Of a stretch of DNA of 64,000 nt, positions 30,758 to 40,650 are shown piece by piece. The stretch comes from an uncultured Acidobacteriota bacterium (GTDB lineage: Bacteria; Acidobacteriota; Vicinamibacteria; Marinacidobacterales; DATDRI01), in the NCBI GenBank assembly GCA_963722765.1, contig CAVROO010000007.1:159606-223605 (forward strand). Reading direction: 5' to 3'. Under the pieces are notes generated by a model. It did no database searches, was not told the origin of the DNA, and saw nothing but the letters and a program-made list of their open reading frames with translations. How positions within the stretch are numbered: the stretch's first letter is position 1; each line of letters begins with the position of its first letter. The position numbers and the translations under genes were made by a program.

Positions 30758-32257
30758 TTAGCTTGTGACCCTCCGTGTCAAAGCGTTAACAAACTTGCCG
30801 CCGAAGAGAGAGACCATCAGCAGGATGATGACGGCAATGGCAATGGGTCTTTCTAGCAAGTAGCTCCACTGGCCACCGCTGATTTGGTAAGAATAGATAA
30901 GTGAATCCTCTGCCATCCCGCCCAAGAGAATGCCAACGACAGCCGCGGGCACGGAATAGTCGAACCGTTTGAACATCCAACCCACAATGGCAAACACCAT
31001 CATCGTGATGGGGCCGGCTAGATTTCCGGTCAAACCAAAGGAGCCAAAAATCGCCACGGCCAAAACGGAAGGTATCAGGTAACTCATGGGTACCTTGACG
31101 ACATTCGCCAGCAAGGGTATGAACATCAGTCCCAAGACAATCAGCAAGAAGGCCTGACCAAAATTGGCAAAAATGATTGCATAGACGATATCGGCTTGTT
31201 CCCGAATGAACTGGGGTCCGCCGGTAATATTGTGCATGGCAAAGGCGGCGAGCATCACTGCGGTCGCCCCTCCACCGGGAATACCGAGCGCCAGCAAAGT
31301 CGCCATGGAGCCTGCTTCGGAAGTACTGTTGGCCGATTCTGAAGCGACCACACCGGCCGGATTGCCTTTGCCGAAGGATTCCGGCTCGGGATGTGTCCTC
31401 TTCGTTTCGATGTACGACAGGATGTTGGCGATCGAGGAGCCGACGCCGGGAACCGCACCTACGAAAACACCAATGAGGCAGCCTCGCAAAAGAATCCATG
31501 GAAAAGTTACGGCGCGCCTGAAACCCGCTAGGATCTCCTTCACGCTAACCTTGCGCGCTTCTTTGTCGGTCACGAGATATCGGGTATTGACCAACCTGAA
31601 CAGCTCGGACGCAGCAAACATGCCCATCATCGCCGGAATCGCCGGAACGCCATCGAGCAAGTAGGCGCTCCCCAGGGTTCCCCGCGCGACTCCAGCTTCG
31701 CTGTAACCCACCGTGCCAATCAGCAAACCGATCAAGCCCGATACGATCCCTTTCATCAGGTGCCCACCGCTGAGACTGGCAATCAGCGTAATCCCCCATA
31801 GGATAACGGCGGCCATTTCCGCCGGACCCATCTTCAGAACCGCCACCGAGATCGGCTTGATGAGCAAAAGCAATACGGCGTACCCGACGATGACGCCGAA
31901 ACAGGAGGCGCCCAGAGCAAGCCCGAGCGCGGTGTTGTGTTCGCCCCTTCGAGACATGGGATAACCGTCAAAGGCGGTCGCAATCGCTGAGGACGTGCCC
32001 GGGATGTTCATCAATATCGCAGGAATACTTCCGCCGAATCCGCCACCAGTGAAAATTGCCGTGAGAAACAGCATGGCCTGCATGAAGTCCATGTACAGGG
32101 TAAGCGGCAGGAAGACGGCCATAGCCATGGAGATCTGAAGCCCCGGAACGGCGCCGAAGACGAGGCCGATCAGTATTCCGGGGACAACGACCATCCACGG
32201 CGTAAAGCTCGAAAAGAGCAACGAGAGACCGGACTGAAGCGCGTCGAAGTCAATCAT
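30758..32257 (-). CDS. tctA: tripartite tricarboxylate transporter permease TctA
   Basis: Intact 499-aa polytopic membrane protein with TctA motifs (GAVPGLQ, LGIPGGGATAVMLAA). Confidence 0.92.
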   Translation of the reverse strand: MIDFDALQSGLSLLFSSFTPWMVVVPGILIGLVFGAVPGLQISMAMAVFLPLTLYMDFMQAMLFLTAIFTGGGFGGSIPAILMNIPGTSSAIATAFDGYPMSRRGEHNTALGLALGASCFGVIVGYAVLLLLIKPISVAVLKMGPAEMAAVILWGITLIASLSGGHLMKGIVSGLIGLLIGTVGYSEAGVARGTLGSAYLLDGVPAIPAMMGMFAASELFRLVNTRYLVTDKEARKVSVKEILAGFRRAVTFPWILLRGCLIGVFVGAVPGVGSSIANILSYIETKRTHPEPESFGKGNPAGVVASESANSTSEAGSMATLLALGIPGGGATAVMLAAFAMHNITGGPQFIREQADIVYAIIFANFGQAFLLIVLGLMFIPLLANVVKVPMSYLIPSVLAVAIFGSFGLTGNLAGPITMMVFAIVGWMFKRFDYSVPAAVVGILLGGMAEDSLIYSYQISGGQWSYLLERPIAIAVIILLMVSLFGGKFVNALTRRVTS

Positions 32258-32273
32258 GGATGTCGTTCAATAC

Positions 32274-32743
32274 TCAGAGGGTAGAACCAACATGGGCATG
32301 GGGTAAGGCAGCATCTGCGAAAACAGCAGGGACACGAGCACAGCAAAACAAATGGCGTATCCAATGTTCCAGCGCAGACGGCGCTCCCCATGAAGCCAAA
32401 GAAAAACTAGAGACAAAGAGAGCTGTCCCCACATCGAATCCCAGCCACCTGAGTGTCAACACATAGCCCGTAAAAAGAGAGATGACGGGAACAACGCTTC
32501 TGACAGACTCGAGCTGGCTTGGATTCTTTTTGTGATTGTTTCCCGAAAACCTGTCTCCAAGAACTCGACGAGACAAAGCGCCAGCACGATCAGGGTCACC
32601 GGCAAAACCAGTATGAGGTTCAGAGTATGCGAGGATGCCTTGTAGGTATCCACGAAGTACCAGAGGACAAAAGAGGCCAACCCGACAAGAACCAGCAGAT
32701 CGGCTAGTTGGTGGCCACTGAATGCCTTTTTCCCTATCCGCAT
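32274..32743 (-). CDS. tctB: tripartite tricarboxylate transporter TctB family small membrane subunit, one frameshift
   Basis: N-terminal TM part MRIGKKAFSGHQLADLLVLVGLASFVLWYFV in ORF 32456..32743. Hydrophobic C-terminal half in the overlapping ORF 32274..32753. Lies between tctC and tctA. Confidence 0.6.
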
Positions 32744-32753
32744 CGCGGTGCAA

Positions 32754-33788
32754 CTACCATTTCAGAAGATAGGAGTAGTTTTTGAAGGTTTCGAAGCTGG
32801 ATTTCATGATGTCCTCTGCTCTTTGTGGACCAATCCAACGTCCGCCGATACTGGCTTCGTCCAACATGATCTGCAACGCTTCGTTTTCGAGCGCTTTTTG
32901 AATGGCCGATGAAAGACGTTCGAACCGCTCGGGATAATTGCGCTTGAATTCGGCAGAGGTGGCAAAGCCTCGCACCGACCCGGGCAGAACTGGAGCTTCA
33001 ATCCCCAAAGGTCTCAGCGCTTCGTTGACCGTCGGCACATCCCACAGAGGGCTGCGTTGATCGCTGACAATGGCTAGAGGTCGCAGATACTCACGGATAC
33101 TCTCGGACCCCTCGGCACTGATGACAATGAAGTCAACGACCCCGCCGGCCACCGCCGCTCGTGCCATGCCGCCGCTGTTGTAGGTCACCAGGTTGAGGTT
33201 TTCTTGAGGAATTCCATTCACCTCGAGCAGCAGCTTGGCCATCAGGTGACCGGCCGATCCCCGCACGACCGAAGCTTTGACGGTCTTGGGCTTGGTTCGA
33301 ATCGCTTCCAGCAATTCCGGTAGGCTTTCGAACTCCGAGTCCTTGTTGAGAGCGATCAGGTCCTCATCGAACCATTGAAAGTTCAGATAAGCGAAGTCTT
33401 CAATCCCGTATTCCGCGTTACCTTCGAGAACGGTGTTGATCAGATAGGGAGAGAATGTCGATGCAAATATGGTGTATCCATCGTGGGGCCTGCCCAAAAC
33501 ATAGTTGGCCCCTAGAAGGGTTCCCGCCCCTTTTTTGTTGATGACCCGAACCGGCTGACCGAGCTCTTCGGCCAATTGCCTCGACATGGCCCGAGCCATG
33601 CGGTCGGCGCTGCCACCCACACCGAAACCCACAACGACCGTGACCGGTTGATCAGGGAACTCCTGCGCCTGGGCGACAGACGGCAGACTCCAAAAGGAAA
33701 GCAACAAAACCAGGTTCAGTTTGGCGTATGTTTGCGACAAGCTTTCCACTCGCTCTTTGGCCCGCCGTTTGCTAGGACCGGCGGGCAT
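32754..33788 (-). CDS. tctC: tripartite tricarboxylate transporter substrate-binding protein TctC (Bug family)
   Basis: Signal peptide LVLLLSFWSLPSVAQA. Bug/TctC fold motifs PVTVVVGFGVGGSADRMARA and VTYNSGG. Start at the internal Met is approximate. Confidence 0.85.
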   Translation of the reverse strand: MPAGPSKRRAKERVESLSQTYAKLNLVLLLSFWSLPSVAQAQEFPDQPVTVVVGFGVGGSADRMARAMSRQLAEELGQPVRVINKKGAGTLLGANYVLGRPHDGYTIFASTFSPYLINTVLEGNAEYGIEDFAYLNFQWFDEDLIALNKDSEFESLPELLEAIRTKPKTVKASVVRGSAGHLMAKLLLEVNGIPQENLNLVTYNSGGMARAAVAGGVVDFIVISAEGSESIREYLRPLAIVSDQRSPLWDVPTVNEALRPLGIEAPVLPGSVRGFATSAEFKRNYPERFERLSSAIQKALENEALQIMLDEASIGGRWIGPQRAEDIMKSSFETFKNYSYLLKW

Positions 33789-34086
33789 TCTATGGCAAAA
33801 AACTCTATGCCTACAAAAAGGAGATCCCGTCCAAACCCTCTTCCCCGAAGCCTCGAAGACCGTTGGTTGAGTGCATCGACCCATTTTTCCGTATTTCTGC
33901 TGACTGGCCCAGTTCAGCACGTAACGCTGACATAGCGTGGCGGAGCCGCAACCAAAGTGCCGCCGCGCGCTATCAGCTCTCAGCCATCAGCTATCAGCTA
34001 AAGATTGTGTTTCTAGGCGCTTGCGCGCCTTGAGCGAAAATTTCTTGCCAAAAAAACAAGAAACTACGGATTAGTAGTACAGGGCC

Positions 34087-34395
34087 CTAAGCACAAGCAG
34101 TCTCATCCTTCCGATGGTAGCCGGAGAGAAACGGCGTCGCAGTGAATGCTGCCTCCTCGTCTGCAAAAACGACAATGCGTCGAGTGAGCCCTACCATGGT
34201 GGCTAAAGATGCCACCCGGTCCTGCAAGCCCACGAGTTTAACGGCACCCTTATGCCGAGCCATGTGGTGGGCGATGTCCATGAGGCAACCGAGGGAAGCA
34301 CTGTCGATCGAACGGACCTCGGACAAGTTGATGACCAGCTCTCGAGTGCCCGAGTCGATGAGGGCAGTGGAGCTCGCGTAAAAGGTGCGGAGCAA
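34087..34395 (-). CDS. STAS-domain anti-sigma-factor antagonist (SpoIIAA-like)
   Basis: 102-aa STAS pattern LVINLSEVRSIDSASLGCLMD...VKLVGLQDRVASL. Confidence 0.75.
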   Translation of the reverse strand: MLRTFYASSTALIDSGTRELVINLSEVRSIDSASLGCLMDIAHHMARHKGAVKLVGLQDRVASLATMVGLTRRIVVFADEEAAFTATPFLSGYHRKDETACA

Positions 34396-34478
34396 CGGTA
34401 AGCAGAGCTTTTCTTCCTTATCCGTATGATGCTCGTGTTACCGAACGATTCGATTTCGAGATTCATCACGTCCTCCTA

Positions 34479-35669
34479 CTATTCCGCTCGCAAAGCCTCC
34501 ACGGGATCGAGCTTGGCTGCACGTCGTGCCGGCAAGTATCCGCTCGCAAGACCCACCAAGAGGCTCATTCCGAGAGCGGCGGCGACGGCCGCCGGCGGCG
34601 TGGCGAGGGGCAAGCCCGGGACGAACAGACGGATCAAAGATCCCAATCCAAAGCCCGTCGCCACGCCGGCCAACCCTCCGATGCAGGCAATGAAGACCGC
34701 CTCGAGGAGAAAAAGCATCGACACCGTTGTCGGGGTGAGGCCGAGTGCCCGTAAGAGACCGATTTCGTTCGTGCGTTCGTGCACCGAGATCCACATGACG
34801 GTGAGGATCCCGACGCCGCCCACAAGCAGCGAGATGCCCGCGATGCCGCTCACGGCGACGGTGACCATGTTGATGATGCGGCCAAAGGTATCGAGCATCT
34901 CCTGCTCGGTGGTGATGGTGAAGTCTTCCTGTCCGCGATGCCGTTCGGTGAGCAACCGGCGCATCGCCTCGACGGCGGAAGGAACGGCTTCAGCGCTCCG
35001 GGTCAGCACATCGATTTCGAAGAGCTCGTCAACATTGAAGAGAGCCATGGCGCTGGCCACGGGAATGTAGGCGGAATCATCGAGGTCGAATCCCAGAAGG
35101 ATCCCTTTGGGCGCCATGACACCGACAACCAGGAAGCTCCGGCCGCCAATGCGAACCCGCTCGCCCAAGGGCGAGTCCGCATCAAAGAGCTCACGTTGCC
35201 AACTTGGGACCGAGCACGACATGGGCTCCCTGGCGCCTTGGATCGATGGCGCGGCAGAAACGATCCCTGACCCACCGGGAAAGTTCCAGGTCATGGGCAT
35301 CTCGTGGGTTACCCGAATACGAAGACATGGCGACCCCTTACCCCTCCCTCGACTCGAGCTTGGCCCATGACAAGAGGGAGGAGAGTGCTCGACTCCCGGG
35401 ATTTTCCGTAGTGCCTCGGCATCATCGATGTCGAGCTTGTGAGTGGTGCCTCCGAGCACACCGGGTATTCCTACGGTCTGCGTCTTTCCCGGATTGATGG
35501 CGATGATGTGGGTTCCGAACTGGGTGAACTGCGAGACGATGTAATCGCGGGTGCCCTCCCCGAGAGAGGTCAGTAGGATCACGGTGGCGACGCCAATGGC
35601 GACACCCAATGCCGATAATCCCGAGCGTAAGCGGTGACCCGTCAATGCCGCTAGGACGAACTCGAGCAT
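34479..35669 (-). CDS. ABC transporter permease, FtsX/MacB(LolE)-like, paralog 1
   Basis: N-terminal TM, periplasmic domain, and C-terminal FtsX bundle (ERTNEIGLLRALGLTPTTV, DPVEALRAE). The middle region appears disturbed by compensating indels. Confidence 0.8.
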   Translation of the reverse strand: MLEFVLAALTGHRLRSGLSALGVAIGVATVILLTSLGEGTRDYIVSQFTQFGTHIIAINPGKTQTVGIPGVLGGTTHKLDIDDAEALRKIPGVEHSPPSCHGPSSSRGRGKGSPCLRIRVTHEMPMTWNFPGGSGIVSAAPSIQGAREPMSCSVPSWQRELFDADSPLGERVRIGGRSFLVVGVMAPKGILLGFDLDDSAYIPVASAMALFNVDELFEIDVLTRSAEAVPSAVEAMRRLLTERHRGQEDFTITTEQEMLDTFGRIINMVTVAVSGIAGISLLVGGVGILTVMWISVHERTNEIGLLRALGLTPTTVSMLFLLEAVFIACIGGLAGVATGFGLGSLIRLFVPGLPLATPPAAVAAALGMSLLVGLASGYLPARRAAKLDPVEALRAE

Positions 35670-35676
35670 CGTGACC

Positions 35677-36876
35677 TCACCTTCCCGTCAAAGCTCGGAC
35701 CGGATCCAAGCGGGTGGCCCGTCGCGCCGGCCACACGCCGAAGCCGACGCCTACCAGGAGAGACAAAACCATGGCGGAAACAACCGCCCAAAGAGGGGGT
35801 GCCGCCGGAAAGCTCGGGTAATAGCCGACGAAAGCCGTGACCGCCAGGTAACCGGCGCTCGAGCCCACCAGACCTCCCAAGATGGCCAGAAGAACAGCCT
35901 CCAACATGAAAACGACGAGAATCTGTCGGTTGGCGGCACCCAGCGCTTTGAGGAGACCGATCTCCGCCCGGCGCTCGGTGACGGAAACGAGCATGACGTT
36001 CATGATTCCCACGCCCGCAACAGTGAGCGAGATGGAGGCAATCCCCGCCAGTGCCAGGGTCATGACCTGCATGATGGAAGAGAAAGAAGTCACGACCGCA
36101 TCTTGAGAGATGACCGTGACGTCCTCGGCTCGGTGTCGCTCGGTGAAAAAATCGATGACCCCTCGACGTGTTGCCTCCGTCGTGTCGCTCGATCGAATCT
36201 CGATAAGGATCCGGAAGAGCGAGCTTCGGTTGAACATGGACATGCCGGTCTGAACGGGAACGAGCACGAGGTCGTCCACATCGAAACCGAGCGATCGTCC
36301 GTGCGGGGCGAGCACGCCGACGACTCGGAATCGCCACTCACCGATCCGCACGACCTGGCCCAGGGGGTTATCGGCTCCAAAAAGCTCTTTTGCGATCTTG
36401 ACTCCCAGCACGACCTCCATGCCGCCTTGGTCCAGATCGCCCTCTGAAAGGAAACGGCCGGAGCCCATATCGAGCTGTCGAACGTGCGAGAAATTCCGAC
36501 GTCGTTCCAACGACAGCGCCGGACCGGCCTTTTCCGCGAAAACGCACCGTCTCCGTCCCCATGGAGATGGGAGCCGCACGGCGAACACCGGGCAACGCGG
36601 CTACGGAGGAGCCGGAAGTCTTCCAGAGTCAGGTCGTGGGTGACCCCTCCGAAGGGCATGGCGCCGGTGGTCTCTACTTTGCCCGGGCAGAACGATCAAG
36701 ATGTTGGTGCCAAGGGCGGAGAACTCGCGGGTGACGTAGTTCCTAGCGCCTTCGCCCAATGCGGTCAGAGCGATGACGGCCGAGATCCCGACCGCCACGC
36801 CGGCAACGGAAAGTACCGTCCGGAGACGATGCCCGGCGAGAGCACCGGCAGCGAAGCGGAGCAGATCCAGAGACAT
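35677..36876 (-). CDS. ABC transporter permease, FtsX/MacB-like, paralog 2, with frameshifts
   Basis: Start MSLDLLRFAAGALAGHRLRTVLSVAG in ORF 36601..36999. FtsX C-terminus ERRAEIGLLKALGAANRQI...DPVRALTGR in ORF 35677..36588. Confidence 0.8.
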
Positions 36877-36886
36877 CTCGTTCCCG

Positions 36887-37583
36887 TCAATCTCGATGGA
36901 CGGCCAAGGGCTTGCGTTTCGTTTCAAACATCTCCCCGTCTTCCATTCGAATGACCCGACCGGCTCTTTCGGCGACGGCCATGTCATGGGTAACCACAAT
37001 CAAAGTGAGTCCGTTCGCGTTCATGGATTCGAGAAGCATCATGACCTCTTTGGCCGAAGAGCGGTCGAGGTTGCCGGTAGGCTCGTCGGCGAGCAAGCAT
37101 CTTGGGCCCCATCACCATCGCACGGGCTATCGCCACGCGCTGTCGTTCTCCTCCGGAAAGCTGATCCGGGCGATGATCGAGACGATGGCCGAGGCCGACC
37201 GCTTTCAGTGCCCTTGTCGCAATCTCTCTTCGCTCTTCGCGGTCGATGCCGGCGAACAGCATGGGAACCTCGACGTTCTTGAGCGCAGTCAAACGGGCCA
37301 GCAAGTGAAAGAACTGAAAGACGAAGCCGATGTCGTAGCCACGAATCCGAGAAAGCTCCTCTTCGCCGAGCGCGCTGATCTCGCGCCCGCCGAAACGGAA
37401 AGAGCCCGATGTCGGTCGGTCCAAACAACCCAAGATGTGGAGCAACGTCGATTTTCCCGAGCCAGAGGGACCGACAATGGCGACATGGTCTCCCTCGGCG
37501 ATTTGGAGACTCACACCCTTGAGAGCATGAACGATTTCGCTGCCCATCGGGTAGCTGCGCCGGAGATCGGAAACCTCGATCAT
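36887..37583 (-). CDS. ABC transporter ATP-binding protein (MacB/LolD-type), one frameshift
   Basis: Walker A GPSGSGKST, Q-loop and signature LSGGERQRVAIARAM in ORF 36984..37583. Walker B and H-loop LLADEPTGNLD...VVTHD in ORF 36887..37096. Confidence 0.88.
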
Positions 37584-38854
37584 GATTCCTCCTCGACGAC
37601 GACCGTAACGCCGGCTTTGATGTCTGGAGTGTCCCTCGAGATCACCACCGATTCACCTTCGCGGAGACCTTCCTTGATCTCCGTGGTGCGCCAGTTGCGG
37701 AGACCGGTGACAACAACGCGCTCGTCGAGTCGTCCCTCGACGACCACGAGAACCTTGTCTCCTGGTCCTAAAGCACCGGTCGGAATCTGAAGCACATTTT
37801 CGCGTCGGGAGAGAATCACCTCGATGTCGGCGGAGGTTCCCGGCAAGAAGCTCTCGGCGATAGAGGGATCGTCTAGCTCCGCCTCGATCTCGACGGTTCG
37901 GTTCTGCTCCACAACGTCCAACACGTAAGAAGCGACCCGCACTAAACGTCCCGGAAAGTGCTCGCCTCGCCGGGAGTCCACGCTAATTCGAACCGTCTGC
38001 CCTACGGAGACCCGCTCCGCATCCATTTCGTCGATGGGCGCTTCTATATAGATGGAGGTCCGGTCGATGAGATCCATGATGGGAGGGATAGGTACACCTG
38101 GAGGGGATGGCGTGATCCACTCTCCAAGCTCGGTGCTCATATCGGCAATAACGCCGTCGAAAGGGGCGCGGAGCTCGGTTCTTGCCAGCTCCGCTTGGGC
38201 CAAGCGCTCCTGGGCACGAGCTTGATCCAAAACGGCCCGGGCGGCACTACAGCCGGCCCGACTGCGATCGCGCTCGCTCCTCCGGGCGTCCACGATTTGA
38301 TTGCTGGCGATTCCGCTCTCGCCCAAAGTAATGGCTCGTTCGAGCTCAGTTTGAGCCAACTCCGTCCCGAGACAGGCCTCCTCCGATCGGGCGGTCGCGA
38401 CTCGAATGTCCTCCCGGGTCAGCTCAAGCCGTGCCTGATGAAGGGAGTCGTCCAGCCGGAGCAGAAGATCACCTTTCTTGACGAGCGAGCCCGCCCGGTG
38501 CGGCAGCGCCACGACCCGTCCGCCGTTCTCCGGAGATAGACGGGCGCGAAGCCGCGCTTTGACCGTGCCCGCTCGGGTGTTGGAGATCGTCTGCTCTACC
38601 GCACCTCTTTCCACCCTGGCCACCTCGACGGATAGAGGCTTGGGGACGAGGACGGTGAGGCGCAAGGCCGCGCCGGCAACCACCAAAGCGAGGATGACGA
38701 GAACATGCGAAAGCGCTTTTTCTTCTTCAAGCTCGAATTCGAGTGTTGCAGGTCGCGCAAGTCCGTGAGGGAAGCCTCGGGGCTCACTTGTACTCTCGCT
38801 AAGGTTCTCCTCGACGGCCGGCTGTGTCAGCAACCCGGAGCCCGTTTGTGACAT
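37580..38854 (-). CDS. efflux transporter periplasmic adaptor subunit (HlyD/MacA-like membrane fusion protein)
   Basis: N-terminal TM anchor, long coiled-coil, then beta-barrel and MP domains. The 3' end overlaps the ATPase start (ATGA). Confidence 0.85.
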   Translation of the reverse strand: MSQTGSGLLTQPAVEENLSESTSEPRGFPHGLARPATLEFELEEEKALSHVLVILALVVAGAALRLTVLVPKPLSVEVARVERGAVEQTISNTRAGTVKARLRARLSPENGGRVVALPHRAGSLVKKGDLLLRLDDSLHQARLELTREDIRVATARSEEACLGTELAQTELERAITLGESGIASNQIVDARRSERDRSRAGCSAARAVLDQARAQERLAQAELARTELRAPFDGVIADMSTELGEWITPSPPGVPIPPIMDLIDRTSIYIEAPIDEMDAERVSVGQTVRISVDSRRGEHFPGRLVRVASYVLDVVEQNRTVEIEAELDDPSIAESFLPGTSADIEVILSRRENVLQIPTGALGPGDKVLVVVEGRLDERVVVTGLRNWRTTEIKEGLREGESVVISRDTPDIKAGVTVVVEEES

Positions 38855-38962
38855 GACTTTTCTCCCATTAGTGCCCTCCTCGCTCCTCGCTCGTCGGGCT
38901 CTCGCTCCGCGACTCGCTTCCGCTCGCGCTGCACTCGGGCTGAGGGCTCATCTCTAAATGCT

Positions 38963-40092
38963 CTATTCGGTATCTTTGTCTTCTGGTAAGGCGTTTTTCG
39001 ATGGCTCTTTAGACGCTTCCTCTTTGGATTGCTCCAAAATGCGGTCGAAGGCCGTCAATCCGCCCATCGCGCCCAGACCCATGGTCTCCACCGCCGTACT
39101 CGGAACAATGACCATCGCGCCTTTCTGCTTGAGTCCTTCGAAGACCATATTCATGGCGCGAAGGTGAAGCGCCGCGGGATTGTGCTTGTAGTGCTCGGAA
39201 GCGTCGGAGAATTTCTCGGCGATCTCGGTCTCGGCGTTCGCGAGGATGATCCGGGATTGGCGCTCCCTTTCCGCCTGCGCCTGCCGACTCATGGCATCTT
39301 CGAGAGCCTCGGGTATGATGATGTCCCGAATCTCGACGGACTGTACCGTGATGCCCCAAACGTTGGTCTTGGCGTCGAGGACCTGCTGGATCTCCTTGCC
39401 GAGGCGTTCCCGGTGAGAAAGCATGTCGCGCGAGCTCGTGCTTTCCGATAGCGTCTCTGAGGCCGGTCTGTGCCGAGAGCGTCACCGCATCGATGAAGTC
39501 TTCCACCTCGAGCACGGACTTCTCGGCGTCCCAGACCATCCAAAAGGCGATGGCGTCCACGTTGACGGGAACCGTGTCGCGGGTCAGGGTGGTCTCCGCT
39601 TTGAAATCGGTGACGCGTATTCTTTGGTCGACGTAGTTCGAGACTTTGTCGAAGACCGGCAGGATGAAGAAGATTCCCGAGCCCCGCAAACCGCGGAATC
39701 GGCCGAAGCGAAGGAGCACTGCCTTTTCCCACTGATAGGCCATCTGGATGGCCGGCGAGATCAATCCCCCCAAAACAAGGGTCGTGACGAGGACGGGGCT
39801 CTCGGGGCGGTGGCATAGATAGGCCGTGAGCCCGGCCAGCGTACTCGTAGATGAGCACGGCTTCCCAGATCTGCGTCACGCGCAATGTGACAGCCATTGC
39901 CAGAGCGAGGGCCAAAAGGGTGACCACCACGTCAATGTCGATCGGATAGATCGCAACGTGTATCGCAAGGCCGGCGATGGTCATCGCCAGCAGGATCATG
40001 ATGTTGATCGGACCGAACCGGAAATCGGCTCGAAAGCTGGTGGCAAACCGCTCCAGCGCCCCGAGTCCTAACTGATCCATCTTCTTCTTCAT
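38963..40092 (-). CDS. SPFH/band-7 (stomatin-like) membrane protein, with frameshifts
   Basis: N-terminal TM region in ORF 39289..40092. SPFH core EKAVLLRFGRF...ILPVFDKV...VDAIAFWMV in ORF 39009..39773. C-terminus AQAERERQSRIILANAETEIAEKF in ORF 38963..39424. Confidence 0.75.
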
Positions 40093-40106
40093 CGTTCGTC
40101 CCTTTC

Positions 40107-40478
40107 TCAGCGATTTTTTCGCTGCTGAAGGTTTTCCAGAATGTCGTCGAGGGTGAAGCCGTGGGACGACGCTCGGGAGAGAAACTCCTGGCTGATTTGA
40201 TCCAGGATGCGCCGCCGCTCCACCTCATCCTGCTCGACTCGTTTCTGACCTACGAACGTACCCGAGCCCATGTGGGTCTCCACGAGTCCCGTCAACTCGA
40301 GCTCGGTGTAGGCCCGGCTGACCGTGTTGGGGTTGACGGATAGATCCACCGCCAATTGACGCACCGTGGGCAACCGGTCACCGGCTTCAACCATACCGGT
40401 AGCCATGGCGCTCTTGACCTGGTCGATGATCTGCCGGTAGAACGGCACCCCGCTCTTCAGGTCGAGCTGAATCTTCAT
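40107..40478 (-). CDS. GntR-family transcriptional regulator (wHTH only, YtrA-like)
   Basis: MKIQLDLKSGVPFYRQIIDQV...LPTVRQLAVDLSVNPNTVSRAYTELE is the classic GntR N-terminal HTH. Short effector part. Confidence 0.8.
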   Translation of the reverse strand: MKIQLDLKSGVPFYRQIIDQVKSAMATGMVEAGDRLPTVRQLAVDLSVNPNTVSRAYTELELTGLVETHMGSGTFVGQKRVEQDEVERRRILDQISQEFLSRASSHGFTLDDILENLQQRKNR

Positions 40479-40650
40479 GGACACCCGCGACCTCCTTGCC
40501 AAAATGTCATAGTGTTACGATGAACTATTATCATAGTGTACTATATCAATAGTACAATAAAAACGAGGTACGGTCAAGCGTTTTTCGCAAAAAAGAGTGT
40601 AGATCAGTTAAATGCTGATTTTAAAAGGATTAACAAGTGGGTGGCACTTG

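Noticed and set aside
35671-36447. 258-aa ORF on the + strand
   Set aside because: Antisense to the FtsX permease paralog. No homology.
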